A stretch of 63,399 bases of DNA, the filler included, from Clostridiaceae bacterium (lineage in GTDB: Bacteria; Bacillota; Clostridia; CAYPLH01; DUMO01): assembly GCA_012839865.1 (NCBI GenBank). It is 4 parts of 4 records of this genome, joined end to end, with 100 filler letters (N's around TTAATTAATTAA, not from the genome) between each part and the next. Parts side by side here need not be neighbours in the genome. Positions count along the whole stretch, not along the records: positions 26,216 to 54,477 come from DUMO01000057.1; 3 more parts are not named here. One strand, 5' to 3'. The position numbers and the translations under genes were made by a program. Shown one piece after another: positions 44,067-54,577 of this stretch (position 1 is its first letter; every line of letters starts with the position of its first letter). A model generated the notes under the pieces. It made no database searches, was not told the DNA's origin, and saw only the letters and a list, made by a program, of their open reading frames with translations.

Positions 44067-45014
44067 GTGATTGAGATAGAAAAGCCGAGAATTGAGTGCG
44101 TAGAGATGAGTGAAGATGACTCCTATGGAAAATTTGTAGTTGAACCTTTGGAAAGAGGATATGGGACCACGCTTGGCAATTCATTAAGAAGAGTGTTGTT
44201 GTCTTCTTTGCCGGGAGTTGCGGTAACTTCAATTAAAATCGACGGAGTACTCCATGAATTTTCCACCATGACAGGTGTAGTGGAAGATGTTACTGAAATC
44301 ATAATGAATATTAAAGAGCTTGCTCTGAAAATGCATGGAGACGGTCCAAAAATGATTTATCTGGACGTGGATGGCGAAGGAGAAGTTACTGCAGCAGATA
44401 TAAAGTGTGATTCAGATGTTGAAATCCTCAACCCTGACTTGCATATTGCCACATTAAACGGAGATGGCAGGCTTTATATCGAAATGAACATCAACAAGGG
44501 TCGCGGTTATGTACAGGCTGACAAGAATAAACAGCCAGGACAGCCCATAGGCATTATTCCGGTGGATTCAATATATACACCGGTCAAAAAAGTCAATTAC
44601 ATTGTTGAAAGTACTCGTGTCGGACAGAGTACGGATTATGACCGGCTTATCATCGAGGTATGGACCAACGGAAGCATTAAGCCGGATGAAGCAATCAGCC
44701 TGGGGGCAAAAATTTTAAATGAACACCTGAACTTGTTTATCGACCTGACGGATAAGGCAAAGAATGCAGAAATTATGGTTGAGAAAGAAGAATCCAAGAA
44801 GGAAAAAGTGCTTGAAATGACAATTGAAGAGCTGGACCTCTCAGTCAGGTCTTACAATTGCCTGAAAAGAGCAAACATAAATACTGTTGAGGATCTGATC
44901 AGCAGAACCGAGGAAGATATGATGAAGGTAAGAAACCTCGGAAGAAAATCCTTGGAGGAAGTTTTATCAAAATTGCACGCCCTCGGATTATCTCTAGCCC
45001 CAAGTGATGAATAA
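44067..45014 (+). CDS. rpoA: RNA polymerase subunit alpha
   Basis: [28 protein letters not shown]. Confidence 0.99.
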   Translation: MIEIEKPRIECVEMSEDDSYGKFVVEPLERGYGTTLGNSLRRVLLSSLPGVAVTSIKIDGVLHEFSTMTGVVEDVTEIIMNIKELALKMHGDGPKMIYLDVDGEGEVTAADIKCDSDVEILNPDLHIATLNGDGRLYIEMNINKGRGYVQADKNKQPGQPIGIIPVDSIYTPVKKVNYIVESTRVGQSTDYDRLIIEVWTNGSIKPDEAISLGAKILNEHLNLFIDLTDKAKNAEIMVEKEESKKEKVLEMTIEELDLSVRSYNCLKRANINTVEDLISRTEEDMMKVRNLGRKSLEEVLSKLHALGLSLAPSDE

Positions 45015-45049
45015 ACAATTGATACTTTTATAGCAAGGGAGGTAAAAAT

Positions 45050-45574
45050 ATGGCAACTATCAGAAAGCTAGGACGTCCTACAGACCAGAGAAAGGCGATG
45101 CTTAAGAGCCTTGTCACAGCGCTGATTGAACATGGTAGAATTGAAACTACCGAAACCAGAGCAAAAGAAGTTAAAAATATAGCAGAAAAGCTTATTACTA
45201 TAGCAATTAAGGAAATGGATAATTATACATCCAAGCAGCAAAAGGTAACAAAGGCAAGACTGGACAGCGGTGGAAGGAAAATAACCAAAAGCGTTACTTC
45301 CAAAAACGGAAGGAAGTATCAGGTTGTTGAAAGAGAAGAAAAAACCGATTTGGTTACTGTTGACAACCCGTCCAGATTGCATGCAAGGAAAATGATAATG
45401 GCCTGGCTGTACAGGGTAAAGGACGAAAACGGGAAAAATGTCAATCTGGTAGACAAATTGTTTGACGAGATTGCACCTAAGTATAAGGATGTAAAAGGCG
45501 GTTATACACGTATATACAAGTTGGGAGCAAGAAGAGGAGACGCAGCTCCTATGGCTGTTCTCGAATTGGTATAA
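45050..45574 (+). CDS. rplQ: 50S ribosomal protein L17 (with internal insertion)
   Basis: [25 protein letters not shown]; 174 aa with ~50 aa insertion. Confidence 0.97.
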   Translation: MATIRKLGRPTDQRKAMLKSLVTALIEHGRIETTETRAKEVKNIAEKLITIAIKEMDNYTSKQQKVTKARLDSGGRKITKSVTSKNGRKYQVVEREEKTDLVTVDNPSRLHARKMIMAWLYRVKDENGKNVNLVDKLFDEIAPKYKDVKGGYTRIYKLGARRGDAAPMAVLELV

Positions 45575-45843
45575 GCGTGTAAGTTTGTCGCCGGAATAAA
45601 TCTGCAAGGTTAGTTGAAGGAACTTAACAGAATTTATTGGTGAAAAATGCATTATTGATTTACAGGCGAAATTCAACTAATATGCTTCACGTTATTTAAT
45701 TACAATTTGCTTAATAAATTATTGGGAACTTCCAGGGATTGGGTCTGACTTAATCCCTGCTTTTGTATAGTCAACCCGGAAAGCAGGCAAGCGTAATCTC
45801 CTGCTGCACCGTTGCTGAAGGATAATAAAAGGAACAGAAAGAC

Positions 45844-46695
45844 ATGCAAAAAGATTATATAAAATTAAAAAATGTTGAATATATATACAGATCTGATTTT
45901 GCAGAGGAAACAGATGTCAAGGCACTTGACAATATATCCCTGGAGATTTCAAAGGGCCAGTTTGTTGTGGTTATCGGCAGAAATGGCTCAGGGAAGTCAA
46001 CCTTTGCCAGACTCTTGAATGCGCTGCTTATCCCTACGGAAGGTTTTGTTTACATAAAGGGAATGAATACCAAAGATAATAAAAACCTATGGGAAATCCG
46101 AAGGACAACAGGGATGGTGTTCCAAAACCCTGACAACCAGATTATAGGCACAACAGTTGAAGAAGATACAGCCTTTGGTCCGGAAAACATCGGAATTCCG
46201 CCAGATGAAATCAGAAAGCGGGTGGATGAAGCGCTTAAGACAGTTGGAATATATGAGTTCAGAGAGCATCCGCCGCATCTTTTAAGCGGGGGCCAGAAGC
46301 AGAGGGTAGGAATTGCCGGCATACTTGCAATGAAGCCTGATTGCATCATACTGGATGAAGCAACGGCCATGCTGGATCCCGTCGGCAGGAAAGAAGTCAT
46401 GAAGGTCCTTGAAATGCTCAACGGGGAAGGCATCACTATTATTCACATTACTCACCATATGGAAGAGGCTGTAAAAGCAGACAGGGTTATTGTAATGGAT
46501 AATGGTAAAATACAAATGGACGGCACACCTTCCGATGTCTTTCAAAATGTTGAGGCAGTAAAAAAAATGGGGCTGGATGTTCCGCAGTCAATTGAACTTT
46601 TATATGAACTGAATAAAAGAGGTTTTGATTTTCCGCTGGATGTTCTGGACTTTGATAAAGTGGCGGAATTGGTTAAGAAGGCTGTTAACGGGTAG
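45844..46695 (+). CDS. ecfA1: ECF transporter ATPase A1
   Basis: [28 protein letters not shown]. Confidence 0.92.
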   Translation: MQKDYIKLKNVEYIYRSDFAEETDVKALDNISLEISKGQFVVVIGRNGSGKSTFARLLNALLIPTEGFVYIKGMNTKDNKNLWEIRRTTGMVFQNPDNQIIGTTVEEDTAFGPENIGIPPDEIRKRVDEALKTVGIYEFREHPPHLLSGGQKQRVGIAGILAMKPDCIILDEATAMLDPVGRKEVMKVLEMLNGEGITIIHITHHMEEAVKADRVIVMDNGKIQMDGTPSDVFQNVEAVKKMGLDVPQSIELLYELNKRGFDFPLDVLDFDKVAELVKKAVNG

Positions 46696-46743
46696 TTAAG
46701 AGAATAGTAAGTTTAAATGCTGCAGTAAAAAGGGAGAAATTCG

Positions 46744-47598
46744 ATGTCGATTGTAATCGAAAACTTATCGTATATCTATAAAAAGAATACACCCCTTGAA
46801 AGGGAAGCCCTCAAAAACATCAACCTGAAAATTGAAGCAGGGGAGTTTGTGGGCATCATCGGGCATACAGGCTCCGGAAAAACAACTCTTGTGCAGCATC
46901 TTAACGGGCTGCTCAAGCCTACTTCCGGAAGAGTCATGATAAACGGCATTGATACAAGATCAAGGGATATCAAGTCTTTGCGCCGGAATGTCGGTGTGAT
47001 TTTTCAGTACCCGGAACATCAGCTTTTTGAGGAAACGGTGTATAAGGATATTGCCTTCGGTCTTGTGAAGCTGGGACTGAGCAGGACTGAAATTGATGAG
47101 AGGGTGAAAAAAGCTGCAGCCACCGTGGGGCTTCCGGCCAATGTTTTGGAAGTTTCGCCCTTTGAACTCTCCGGAGGTCAAAAAAGAAGGGTTGCCATTG
47201 CAGGGGTTGCAGTAATGGACCCGGAGATTCTGGTAATGGATGAGCCTACGGCAGGACTAGACCCCAGGGGCCGGGACGAGCTTTGTGAATATATAACAAG
47301 ACTTCACAGGGAGTCGGGGAAAATATTGATAATTGTATCCCATAGCATGGAAGATGTCGCAAAGCTGGTGAACCGTGTTGTTGTGATGGCAAAGGGCGAG
47401 ATAGTGATGGATGCTCCTCCCGGGGAAGTGTTTATGAAAACCGGCCTTCTTGAAAGCATAGGATTGTCTGCACCGCAGATAACATATTTTATGAAGAAAC
47501 TCAAAAAGGATATCCCCGCGCTCAGAGATGACATTTTTACTGTAAAAGAAGCGGCAGACGAGATTTACAGGCTGATAAGGTCTAAATCCAATAAATAA
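46744..47598 (+). CDS. ecfA2: ECF transporter ATPase A2
   Basis: GHTGSGKT, FQYPEHQLF, FELSGGQKRR. Confidence 0.92.
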   Translation: MSIVIENLSYIYKKNTPLEREALKNINLKIEAGEFVGIIGHTGSGKTTLVQHLNGLLKPTSGRVMINGIDTRSRDIKSLRRNVGVIFQYPEHQLFEETVYKDIAFGLVKLGLSRTEIDERVKKAAATVGLPANVLEVSPFELSGGQKRRVAIAGVAVMDPEILVMDEPTAGLDPRGRDELCEYITRLHRESGKILIIVSHSMEDVAKLVNRVVVMAKGEIVMDAPPGEVFMKTGLLESIGLSAPQITYFMKKLKKDIPALRDDIFTVKEAADEIYRLIRSKSNK

Positions 47599-47732
47599 AG
47601 TATAAGTTGTGACACAGGTTTGATAAGCAAGATGAAGCAGCGACCAAATCCAATTGATAAAATCCAACGGTACTTGTTTGATTCGTACCGAAGGATATAA
47701 CAAACAGACAATTTTGAGGTAGTTGATTTATT

Positions 47733-48524
47733 ATGTTGAATGATATAACAATAGGACAATACATACCGGGAGATTCTCCGGTGCATAGAGCTGACCCCAG
47801 GGTTAAAATTATACTTACACTTGTTTTTATGGTGTCGATATTCTTTATTGAATCATACCCGGGCTTTTTTATGTACTTGCTGTTTACATGCGTGATAATT
47901 GTAACTTCCGATTTGCCTTTCAGGTATACTTTAAAAGGTCTGAAACCTATAATGTTTATAGTTATTTTTACAGCATTGATAAATATACTTACAACTCAGG
48001 GCACATATGTGTTTGAATGGGGTTTCATACACATTTCCAGAGAAGGTATCGATGCAGCTGTCAAGCTGTCCTTAAGGCTGGTTTTGCTTGTAATGGGAGC
48101 AAGCCTTTTGACTCTGACCACAACGCCTATTTCCCTTACAGATGGCATAGAAAAACTGATGGCACCGCTAAAAATAATCAAGGTGCCTGTGCATGAAATT
48201 GCCATGATGATGTCTATTGCTTTAAGATTCATACCTACTCTGCTGGACGAAACTGACAAGATTATAAAAGCCCAGTCCTCCAGGGGAGCTGATTTTGATA
48301 CGGGCAACATAATCGAGAAGGCCAAAAGCTTCATACCTGTTTTAATACCTCTTTTCATAAGCGCTTTTCGAAGAGCCGATGAACTTGCCGTTGCCATGGA
48401 GGCAAGGTGTTACAGGGGTGGAGTCGGCAGAACCCGTATGAAGCAGCTTAAGCTTGGGAAAGTCGATTTTGCCGTTTCAGCAGTAATGATTTTATTTACA
48501 ACTCTAGTGCTGCTTCTTGGATGA
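47733..48524 (+). CDS. ecfT: ECF transporter transmembrane component T
   Basis: DPRVK, ALRFIPTL, AQSSRG, AMEARCY. Confidence 0.93.
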   Translation: MLNDITIGQYIPGDSPVHRADPRVKIILTLVFMVSIFFIESYPGFFMYLLFTCVIIVTSDLPFRYTLKGLKPIMFIVIFTALINILTTQGTYVFEWGFIHISREGIDAAVKLSLRLVLLVMGASLLTLTTTPISLTDGIEKLMAPLKIIKVPVHEIAMMMSIALRFIPTLLDETDKIIKAQSSRGADFDTGNIIEKAKSFIPVLIPLFISAFRRADELAVAMEARCYRGGVGRTRMKQLKLGKVDFAVSAVMILFTTLVLLLG

Positions 48525-48658
48525 ACCGGTTTTTGAAGGAAACTTTTTTATCCGATATAGGTTACTATATTGGTGATGAAGATAATTTATACCAAATGAT
48601 ATTTTCAAAATAAAGTTTAAAAGTACACAGAAACAATTTTGTGGATTGAATTTTAATC

Positions 48659-48687
48659 TTGATTTGGCAACCTTGTAATGTTACAAT
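48659..48687 (+). promoter_or_regulatory. putative promoter with overlapping palindromic operator
   Basis: TTGATT-N17-TACAAT; TTGTAA-tg-TTACAA palindrome (48673-48686) overlaps the -10. Confidence 0.55.
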
Positions 48688-48902
48688 AATAGCCGTGCAA
48701 ATAAATACTGCTATTATTTTTTTATGTCGCCTGTTTATTCAAATATCCCGGCTGAAATACTAATTATAGACAGCACCGCTGAATTTCAGCGTGTGAGGTA
48801 CATACACTCCGATTAACTCCAGGGGTATTAAATACACCGGTTGATGATATGGTTATAATATGCTCTGATTAACTAATATATACAGAAAGGAAGTTTATTT
48901 AT

Positions 48903-50306
48903 ATGTTGGATTTGGTTTTCAAGGTACAGCCTAAAATTGTACCGGTTCTTGACAGGGAGTTCTGCCCGGCATCCCTGTATAACCGCAAATTTCTTGAGGC
49001 AGTAAATTCATCCGGCAAAGCCATACCTTTAAAAATTGCCATAGAACGGGGCAATGGCTTAATATCAACCTATGAGACAAAGGTTTTTGACGATTCCCAC
49101 GAAATGTCCAAAGCAAATTTCCTCTATGTTGAACGTCTTGTAAAGACCCTGCTGTGGGTAAAAGGCGGTTGGAAAGTGACTGTTGGCGGTTCGGAAAGTG
49201 TAGGCAATTTTATAAAAGAGGCGTATTCCGACGGCGGAATCCGGGAATTTGACGCAAAGTTCATGTCAAAGGTTTATGAAAAGCCTTTTACAGTTGAAGT
49301 AACCGATTATGCAAAGGTTCCACAGGCTAAAGAAGAAACAAACCCCATTGGCAGGCACCTGGAGGGATGCCGTATCGGATTTGATGCAGGCGGAAGCGAC
49401 AGAAAGGTCTCTGCAGTAGTTGACGGCGAGGCCATATACAGCGAAGAAGTTATATGGCATCCAAAGCTGAATGAAAATCCGGATTATCATTATGAAGGGA
49501 TTATGGATTCCATAAAAAGAGCAGCTTCCAAAATGCCCCGGGTGGATGGTATTGGAGTAAGCGCCGCTGGTATTTATATCAATAACCGGGTTATGGTTGC
49601 ATCTTTATTTATAAAAGTTCCGGAAGACTTGTTTGAGAAAAAAGTAAAGGACATGTTCCTCAATATTGCAAAAGAGATGGGGAATGTGCCCATTGAAGTG
49701 TGCAATGACGGCGATGTAACAGCCCTTGCAGGTGCAATGGATTTGAATGATACAAATGTCCTTGGAATTGCCATGGGAACAAGCGAAGCCGGCGGATATG
49801 TGGACGGCCACGGAAATATAACCGGTTGGCTTAATGAACTTGCATTTGTGCCTGTTGATTATAATCCCAATGCAATGGTGGATGAATGGTCAGGGGATTA
49901 TGGATGCGGAGTTAAGTACTTCTCACAGGATTCTGTCATAAAACTGGCTCCTGCAGCAGGAATCAAGCTTGATGAAAAATTATCTCCTGCGGAAAAACTG
50001 AAAATTGTTCAAAATCTGCTTTCCGAAGGAAATGATGGTGCAAGAAAGATTTTCGAGTCCATAGGGTGCTATCTGGGATATGCATTAGCTTATTATGCAG
50101 ACTTTTACGATATAAAGCACGTGCTGATACTTGGGCGTGTAACATCCGGAGAAGGAGGAGCATTGATACAAGACTTCGCAAGGAAGGTACTGGAAGCAGA
50201 ATTCCCTGATCTTGCAGCAAAGGTCCAACTCCACCTGCCCGATGAATCAAACAGGCGTGTAGGCCAGTCAATTGCAGCGGCAAGCCTGCCTGAAATCAAG
50301 AAGTAG
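48903..50306 (+). CDS. atypical ROK-family sugar kinase with extra N-terminal domain
   Basis: GFDAGGSDRK, NDGDVTALAG, GIAMGTSEAGG hexokinase-fold motifs; lacks the CxCGxxGC Zn motif; ~150 aa N-extension without obvious HTH. Confidence 0.7.
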   Translation: MLDLVFKVQPKIVPVLDREFCPASLYNRKFLEAVNSSGKAIPLKIAIERGNGLISTYETKVFDDSHEMSKANFLYVERLVKTLLWVKGGWKVTVGGSESVGNFIKEAYSDGGIREFDAKFMSKVYEKPFTVEVTDYAKVPQAKEETNPIGRHLEGCRIGFDAGGSDRKVSAVVDGEAIYSEEVIWHPKLNENPDYHYEGIMDSIKRAASKMPRVDGIGVSAAGIYINNRVMVASLFIKVPEDLFEKKVKDMFLNIAKEMGNVPIEVCNDGDVTALAGAMDLNDTNVLGIAMGTSEAGGYVDGHGNITGWLNELAFVPVDYNPNAMVDEWSGDYGCGVKYFSQDSVIKLAPAAGIKLDEKLSPAEKLKIVQNLLSEGNDGARKIFESIGCYLGYALAYYADFYDIKHVLILGRVTSGEGGALIQDFARKVLEAEFPDLAAKVQLHLPDESNRRVGQSIAAASLPEIKK

Positions 50307-50315
50307 AGATGGGTC

Positions 50316-50543
50316 GGAACCAGGGGGACGGTTCCTCTGGTCCCATCATTGGGATAACATGAATGGGAAGTACCAGGGGGGACGGTTCTTCCGGTCCTAC
50401 CTTGGGGATAACAAGAGCTGTCCCTCCCCTCGGCTCTGGACGAGCCTGCTCTTATAAAGAAGTAAACAAGAGAAGAAACCACGGGAGCCCCCTTGCTCCC
50501 ATGAGCAAAAAAAGGGACCACAAGAACCGTCCCTCTGGTCCCC
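50316..50543. repeat. cluster of three REP-like palindromes
   Basis: GGAACCAGGGGGACGGTTCCTCTGGTCCC (50316-50344), GTACCAGGGGGGACGGTTCTTCCGGTCC (50370-50397), inverted GGGACCACAAGAACCGTCCCTCTGGTCCCC (50514-50543). Confidence 0.75.
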
Positions 50544-50595
50544 TGAATAAAGTGGCGATATTAAATTTTTAAAATATAATTTTGAGGTGATAACA

Positions 50596-51444
50596 ATGAA
50601 ATTTAAAAACAGTGGAGCTGAAATATTCGTTCCTGACAATAAACCTGTTGAAGAGGCGATTAAACGGACAACCCACATGGCGGTATCAGCTCATCAGGAT
50701 GATATAGAAATCATGGCTTTTGATGGAATTCTAAAATGCTTCGGACAAAGCGACAAGTGGTTTTTCGGTGTTGTTTCCACCAACGGCGCCGGCAGTCCAA
50801 GAGACGACATTTATGCCGGGTATACCGATGAGGAAATGATGAAGATAAGAAAGGTCGAACAGAAGAAAGCCGCATATGTCGGGGAATATGCCGCAGTTGC
50901 CCTGCTTGACTACACAAGCGCCCAGGTGAAGGATTCCTCAAACAAAGATGTGGTAAATGAGCTGAAGGAACTTATCAAGCTGGCCAGGCCCGAGGTAATT
51001 TACACCCACAATCTTGCTGACAAGCATGACACTCATGTGTCGGTTGCTTTAAGGGTAATTCAGGCTTTGAGGGAGCTTCCGGAAGAATACCATCCTCAGA
51101 AGATTTATGGTTGTGAAGTCTGGAGGTCTCTGGACTGGGTTAACGATGATGAGAAAGTATATTTTGATGTAGCCGGCCATACCAATATTGCTGCAGCAGT
51201 TCTTGAAGTGTATGACTCCCAGATTTGCGGGGGGAAACGGTATGACCTTGCAACTGCCGGTAGAAGGCTGGCCAATGCGACTTATGCCGAATCCCATGGA
51301 ACCGACACCACTTCTTCAATGATATACGGAATGGACCTTACTCCGTTAATTAAGGATAAAAACCTTGATATTGGCGAGTATGTAAAAGGATATATGGACA
51401 GGTTCAGCAACAATGTAATTTCCAAAATCAAAAAATTTTCATAA
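50596..51444 (+). CDS. PIG-L/LmbE family deacetylase
   Basis: SAHQDDIE (HxDD) and KHDTH (HxxH) Zn ligand motifs. Confidence 0.82.
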   Translation: MKFKNSGAEIFVPDNKPVEEAIKRTTHMAVSAHQDDIEIMAFDGILKCFGQSDKWFFGVVSTNGAGSPRDDIYAGYTDEEMMKIRKVEQKKAAYVGEYAAVALLDYTSAQVKDSSNKDVVNELKELIKLARPEVIYTHNLADKHDTHVSVALRVIQALRELPEEYHPQKIYGCEVWRSLDWVNDDEKVYFDVAGHTNIAAAVLEVYDSQICGGKRYDLATAGRRLANATYAESHGTDTTSSMIYGMDLTPLIKDKNLDIGEYVKGYMDRFSNNVISKIKKFS

Positions 51445-51474
51445 AGCAGAGACAGAGTAATTGACTATGACAAC

Positions 51475-51504
51475 AAAGCCTGCCATGACGGCAGGTTTTG
51501 TTTT
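51475..51504 (+). terminator. probable terminator
   Basis: GCCTGCC/GGCAGGT stem followed by TTTGTTTT. Confidence 0.55.
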
Positions 51505-51590
51505 ACACTTTACTTTCAATTTTCTTTACCGGCTCAATTTGCTTTTTGGAGGGACATCAAACCCAACAATATATTTTCGGAGGGATGTTT

Positions 51591-52544
51591 ATGTATATTG
51601 GTGTTGATATGGGCGGTACAAAAATAGCTGCCGGAATTGTAGACCCGCAGGGTAATATTTTGGCAAAGGACAGTATACCGACCTTAAGGGAGCGGGGATA
51701 TAAAGAAGTTATAAAGGATATGGCGGAATTGATACTCCGGCTGATAAAGACTTATAATTTTGACGTAAAAGATTTCGAGTATATTGGAGTCGGGATACCC
51801 GGTTCAATCAACAAAAAAGAAGGAATTCTCATATACGCAAATAATTTCGACTACAATAACGCACCAATAGCCGCAGAACTGCAAAAATACATCAACCTTC
51901 CCGTATATCTGGAGAATGATGCAAACTGTGCGGCTTTGGGTGAATATGTGGCAGGAGCTGCAATAGGAACGAAAAATTCAGTTACAATAACTCTTGGAAC
52001 CGGCATAGGCGGAGGAATCGTACTTGGAGGAAAAATTTACAGCGGATTCAACGACGCAGCAGGAGAGCTTGGCCATACGGTAATAGCAAGCGGTGGAGAG
52101 AAATGCACCTGCGGAAGGGAAGGGTGCTGGGAAGCATATGCATCAGCAACGGCTCTTATTGCACAGACAAAAAAAGCGGTTTTGGAAAATCCTGATTCCA
52201 TAATAAACAGGCTGGTTGACAAGGATCTTGAGAAAATTGACGCAAAAACAGCTTTTGACGCAGAAAGGCTGGGGGACAGAACTGGCGCGCAAGTGGTTGA
52301 ACAATACATAAAATATCTGGCGGAAGGATTAACTAATATTATAAACATCTTCACACCTGAAATACTGGCAATAGGCGGTGGCGTTTCAAAGGAAGGAGAA
52401 AATCTTCTGGGCAGGGTACGGGAGATGGTTGAGAAAAACATATATTTTAAAGGTGAGCCAAAAACCAGGATTGTGCAGGCAAAAATGGGCAACGATGCAG
52501 GGATAGTAGGAGCTGCCATGATAGGACGGGAGGTGGCAAGCTGA
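51591..52544 (+). CDS. ROK-family glucokinase
   Basis: GVDMGGT, ENDANCAALGE, GTGIGGG, GELGH, CTCGREGCWEAY. Confidence 0.88.
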   Translation: MYIGVDMGGTKIAAGIVDPQGNILAKDSIPTLRERGYKEVIKDMAELILRLIKTYNFDVKDFEYIGVGIPGSINKKEGILIYANNFDYNNAPIAAELQKYINLPVYLENDANCAALGEYVAGAAIGTKNSVTITLGTGIGGGIVLGGKIYSGFNDAAGELGHTVIASGGEKCTCGREGCWEAYASATALIAQTKKAVLENPDSIINRLVDKDLEKIDAKTAFDAERLGDRTGAQVVEQYIKYLAEGLTNIINIFTPEILAIGGGVSKEGENLLGRVREMVEKNIYFKGEPKTRIVQAKMGNDAGIVGAAMIGREVAS

Positions 52545-52548
52545 ATTT

Positions 52549-53301
52549 ATGAAAAACATCCGGCTCCTGTTGGAATATGACGGGACGAATTATCATGGCT
52601 GGCAAAGCCAAAAAAATGCATTAACCATACAGGATGTGCTTCAAAAAGCTGTTGAAGAGCTTACCGGGGAAACATGCAACATTATTGGCTCCGGAAGAAC
52701 TGATGCAGGTGTGCATGCTTTGGGGCAGGTAGCAAACTTTGTTACCAATTCCAAAATACCGCCTGAAAAATTTTCTTACGCTATAAACAATATACTGCCC
52801 CGGGATATTGTGGTTAAAAAGTCCGAGGCTGTTGACATGGATTTTCACGCGAGGTTCAGCGCCATAGGCAAGAAATACATGTACAGGATAAGAAACTCAG
52901 CGCATCCCTCCGCTCTTTGGAGAAACAGGGAATATCATGTCAGGGCGCCCCTTGACATATCTTCAATGAACCATGCATTGCAATATTTTATCGGAGAGCA
53001 TGATTTTGCCGCATTTCATGCAAGCGGCGGCAGTGTCGAATCCACAGTGAGAAAAATATATGATGCAGGGATAAAAAAAGAGGGAGAATGCGTTATTCTT
53101 GAAATACACGGAAACGGGTTCCTATATAATATGGTAAGAATTATTGCAGGCACTCTGGTTGAAGTTGGGATGGGGAAAAGAAAAGCCACTGATATACCTG
53201 ACATATTGGAAAGCAAAAAACGTGAGAAAGCGGGCAGAACAGCGCCGCCCCACGGGTTGTATCTTGCAGAGGTATTTTATAATGATCAAAAAATGGAATG
53301 A
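52549..53301 (+). CDS. truA: tRNA pseudouridine(38-40) synthase
   Basis: YDGTNYHGWQ, GRTDAGVHA, FLYNMVR, APPHGLYL. Confidence 0.97.
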   Translation: MKNIRLLLEYDGTNYHGWQSQKNALTIQDVLQKAVEELTGETCNIIGSGRTDAGVHALGQVANFVTNSKIPPEKFSYAINNILPRDIVVKKSEAVDMDFHARFSAIGKKYMYRIRNSAHPSALWRNREYHVRAPLDISSMNHALQYFIGEHDFAAFHASGGSVESTVRKIYDAGIKKEGECVILEIHGNGFLYNMVRIIAGTLVEVGMGKRKATDIPDILESKKREKAGRTAPPHGLYLAEVFYNDQKME

Positions 53302-53386
53302 CGCGGGACCATATGCGAGTTACAGGCATGATACGGGAAGAAATCAAAGAAAACAAAAGGTAAATTAAAAAAACAGGATTTTTTCC

Positions 53387-53415
53387 TTGACATGTTCAAA
53401 TTCCTATATTACAAT
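53387..53415 (+). promoter_or_regulatory. rplM-rpsI promoter
   Basis: TTGACA-N17-TACAAT. Confidence 0.75.
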
Positions 53416-53505
53416 ATTATAGTCTCTGAAAATTACTGGAGATTTAGCAGAATTCAAGTTCTGTGAACATAAACGCGAAAATGCTAAAAGGAGGAGCTAA
53501 CTTCA

Positions 53506-53940
53506 ATGAATACTTACATGGCCAAGGCTGAAAACATTGAAAGGAAATGGTATGTCATTGACGCTGACGGCAAGCCATTGGGAAGACTGGCCAGTGAAAC
53601 AGCCAAAATTTTAAGAGGAAAACATAAACCTATATACACTCCACATGTAGATACCGGAGATCATGTGATAATTATTAATGCTGAAAAAGTAATCCTTACG
53701 GGGAAGAAGCTTGATAAGAAAGTATATAGATATCATACCGGGTACATCGGAGGATTAAAGGAAATGAGCTACAGGCATTTCCTGGCTAAGAAACCTGAAA
53801 AGGCTATTGAGCTTGCTGTAAAGCGCATGCTTCCAAATAATAGTCTTGGAAGGGCAATGTTCAAGAAATTAAAGGTTTACAAAGGTTCGGAACATAAGCA
53901 TCAGGCTCAGAAACCTGAAGTTCTGGAAATCAAAATATAG
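53506..53940 (+). CDS. rplM: 50S ribosomal protein L13
   Basis: [22 protein letters not shown]. Confidence 0.99.
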   Translation: MNTYMAKAENIERKWYVIDADGKPLGRLASETAKILRGKHKPIYTPHVDTGDHVIIINAEKVILTGKKLDKKVYRYHTGYIGGLKEMSYRHFLAKKPEKAIELAVKRMLPNNSLGRAMFKKLKVYKGSEHKHQAQKPEVLEIKI

Positions 53941-53959
53941 GAAAGGGGGAGCAGTTTAA

Positions 53960-54352
53960 ATGGAAAGAGTACAATATTACGGAACAGGCAGAAGAAAGAA
54001 ATCAATCGCAAGAGTATGGTTGGTTCCCGGAGACGGTAAAATCACTATTAACGATAGAGATTTAGATGAATATTTTGGACTTGAGACTTTGAAGGTTATC
54101 TGCAGGCAGCCCCTTACCTTGACTAATACTCTCAACAAGTTTGATGTGCGCTGTAAGGTTATCGGCGGAGGATTTACAGGTCAGGCCGGTGCTATAAGGC
54201 ATGGAATTGCAAGAGCATTGCTCAAGGCTGATGAGGAATTCAGACCGGCTCTTAAAAAGGCAGGATACCTTACAAGAGACCCGAGAATGAAGGAAAGAAA
54301 GAAATACGGTCTCAAAAAGGCAAGAAGAGCACCACAGTTCTCCAAGAGGTAA
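53960..54352 (+). CDS. rpsI: 30S ribosomal protein S9
   Basis: [25 protein letters not shown]. Confidence 0.99.
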   Translation: MERVQYYGTGRRKKSIARVWLVPGDGKITINDRDLDEYFGLETLKVICRQPLTLTNTLNKFDVRCKVIGGGFTGQAGAIRHGIARALLKADEEFRPALKKAGYLTRDPRMKERKKYGLKKARRAPQFSKR

Positions 54353-54423
54353 TTGGTGCCGATTGCCAGGCATTCTTGCCTGGAATTGCAGAGTTTGCCT
54401 TTGCAAGCTTTACGAAAAACTCA

Positions 54424-54458
54424 AGGCGTCAGATTGGAAACAATCCTGGCGCTTTTTT
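54424..54458 (+). terminator. intrinsic terminator after rpsI
   Basis: GC-rich stem with GAAA loop and T6 tail. Confidence 0.7.
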
Positions 54459-54477
54459 ATTTATTGTTTATGTTTAA

Positions 54478-54577
54478 NNNNNNNNNNNNNNNNNNNNNNN
54501 NNNNNNNNNNNNNNNNNNNNNTTAATTAATTAANNNNNNNNNNNNNNNNNNNNNNNNNNNNNNNNNNNNNNNNNNNN
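54478..54577. other. artificial contig-joining spacer
   Basis: 44 N + TTAATTAATTAA + 44 N. Confidence 0.95.

Noticed and set aside
43909..45811. 11-bp inverted match CGGTGCAGCAG flanking rpoA-rplQ
   Set aside because: Matches of this length are expected by chance across several kb of intergenic DNA
48690..48900. glmS ribozyme or other known riboswitch ahead of the amino-sugar cassette
   Set aside because: Core glmS sequences (AGCGCC.GAAC, GACGAGG, UUAUCGAA) absent; no other riboswitch consensus recognised
50105..50678. ORFs spanning the ROK-PIG-L intergenic region
   Set aside because: Open frames are a by-product of the GC-rich REP-like repeats
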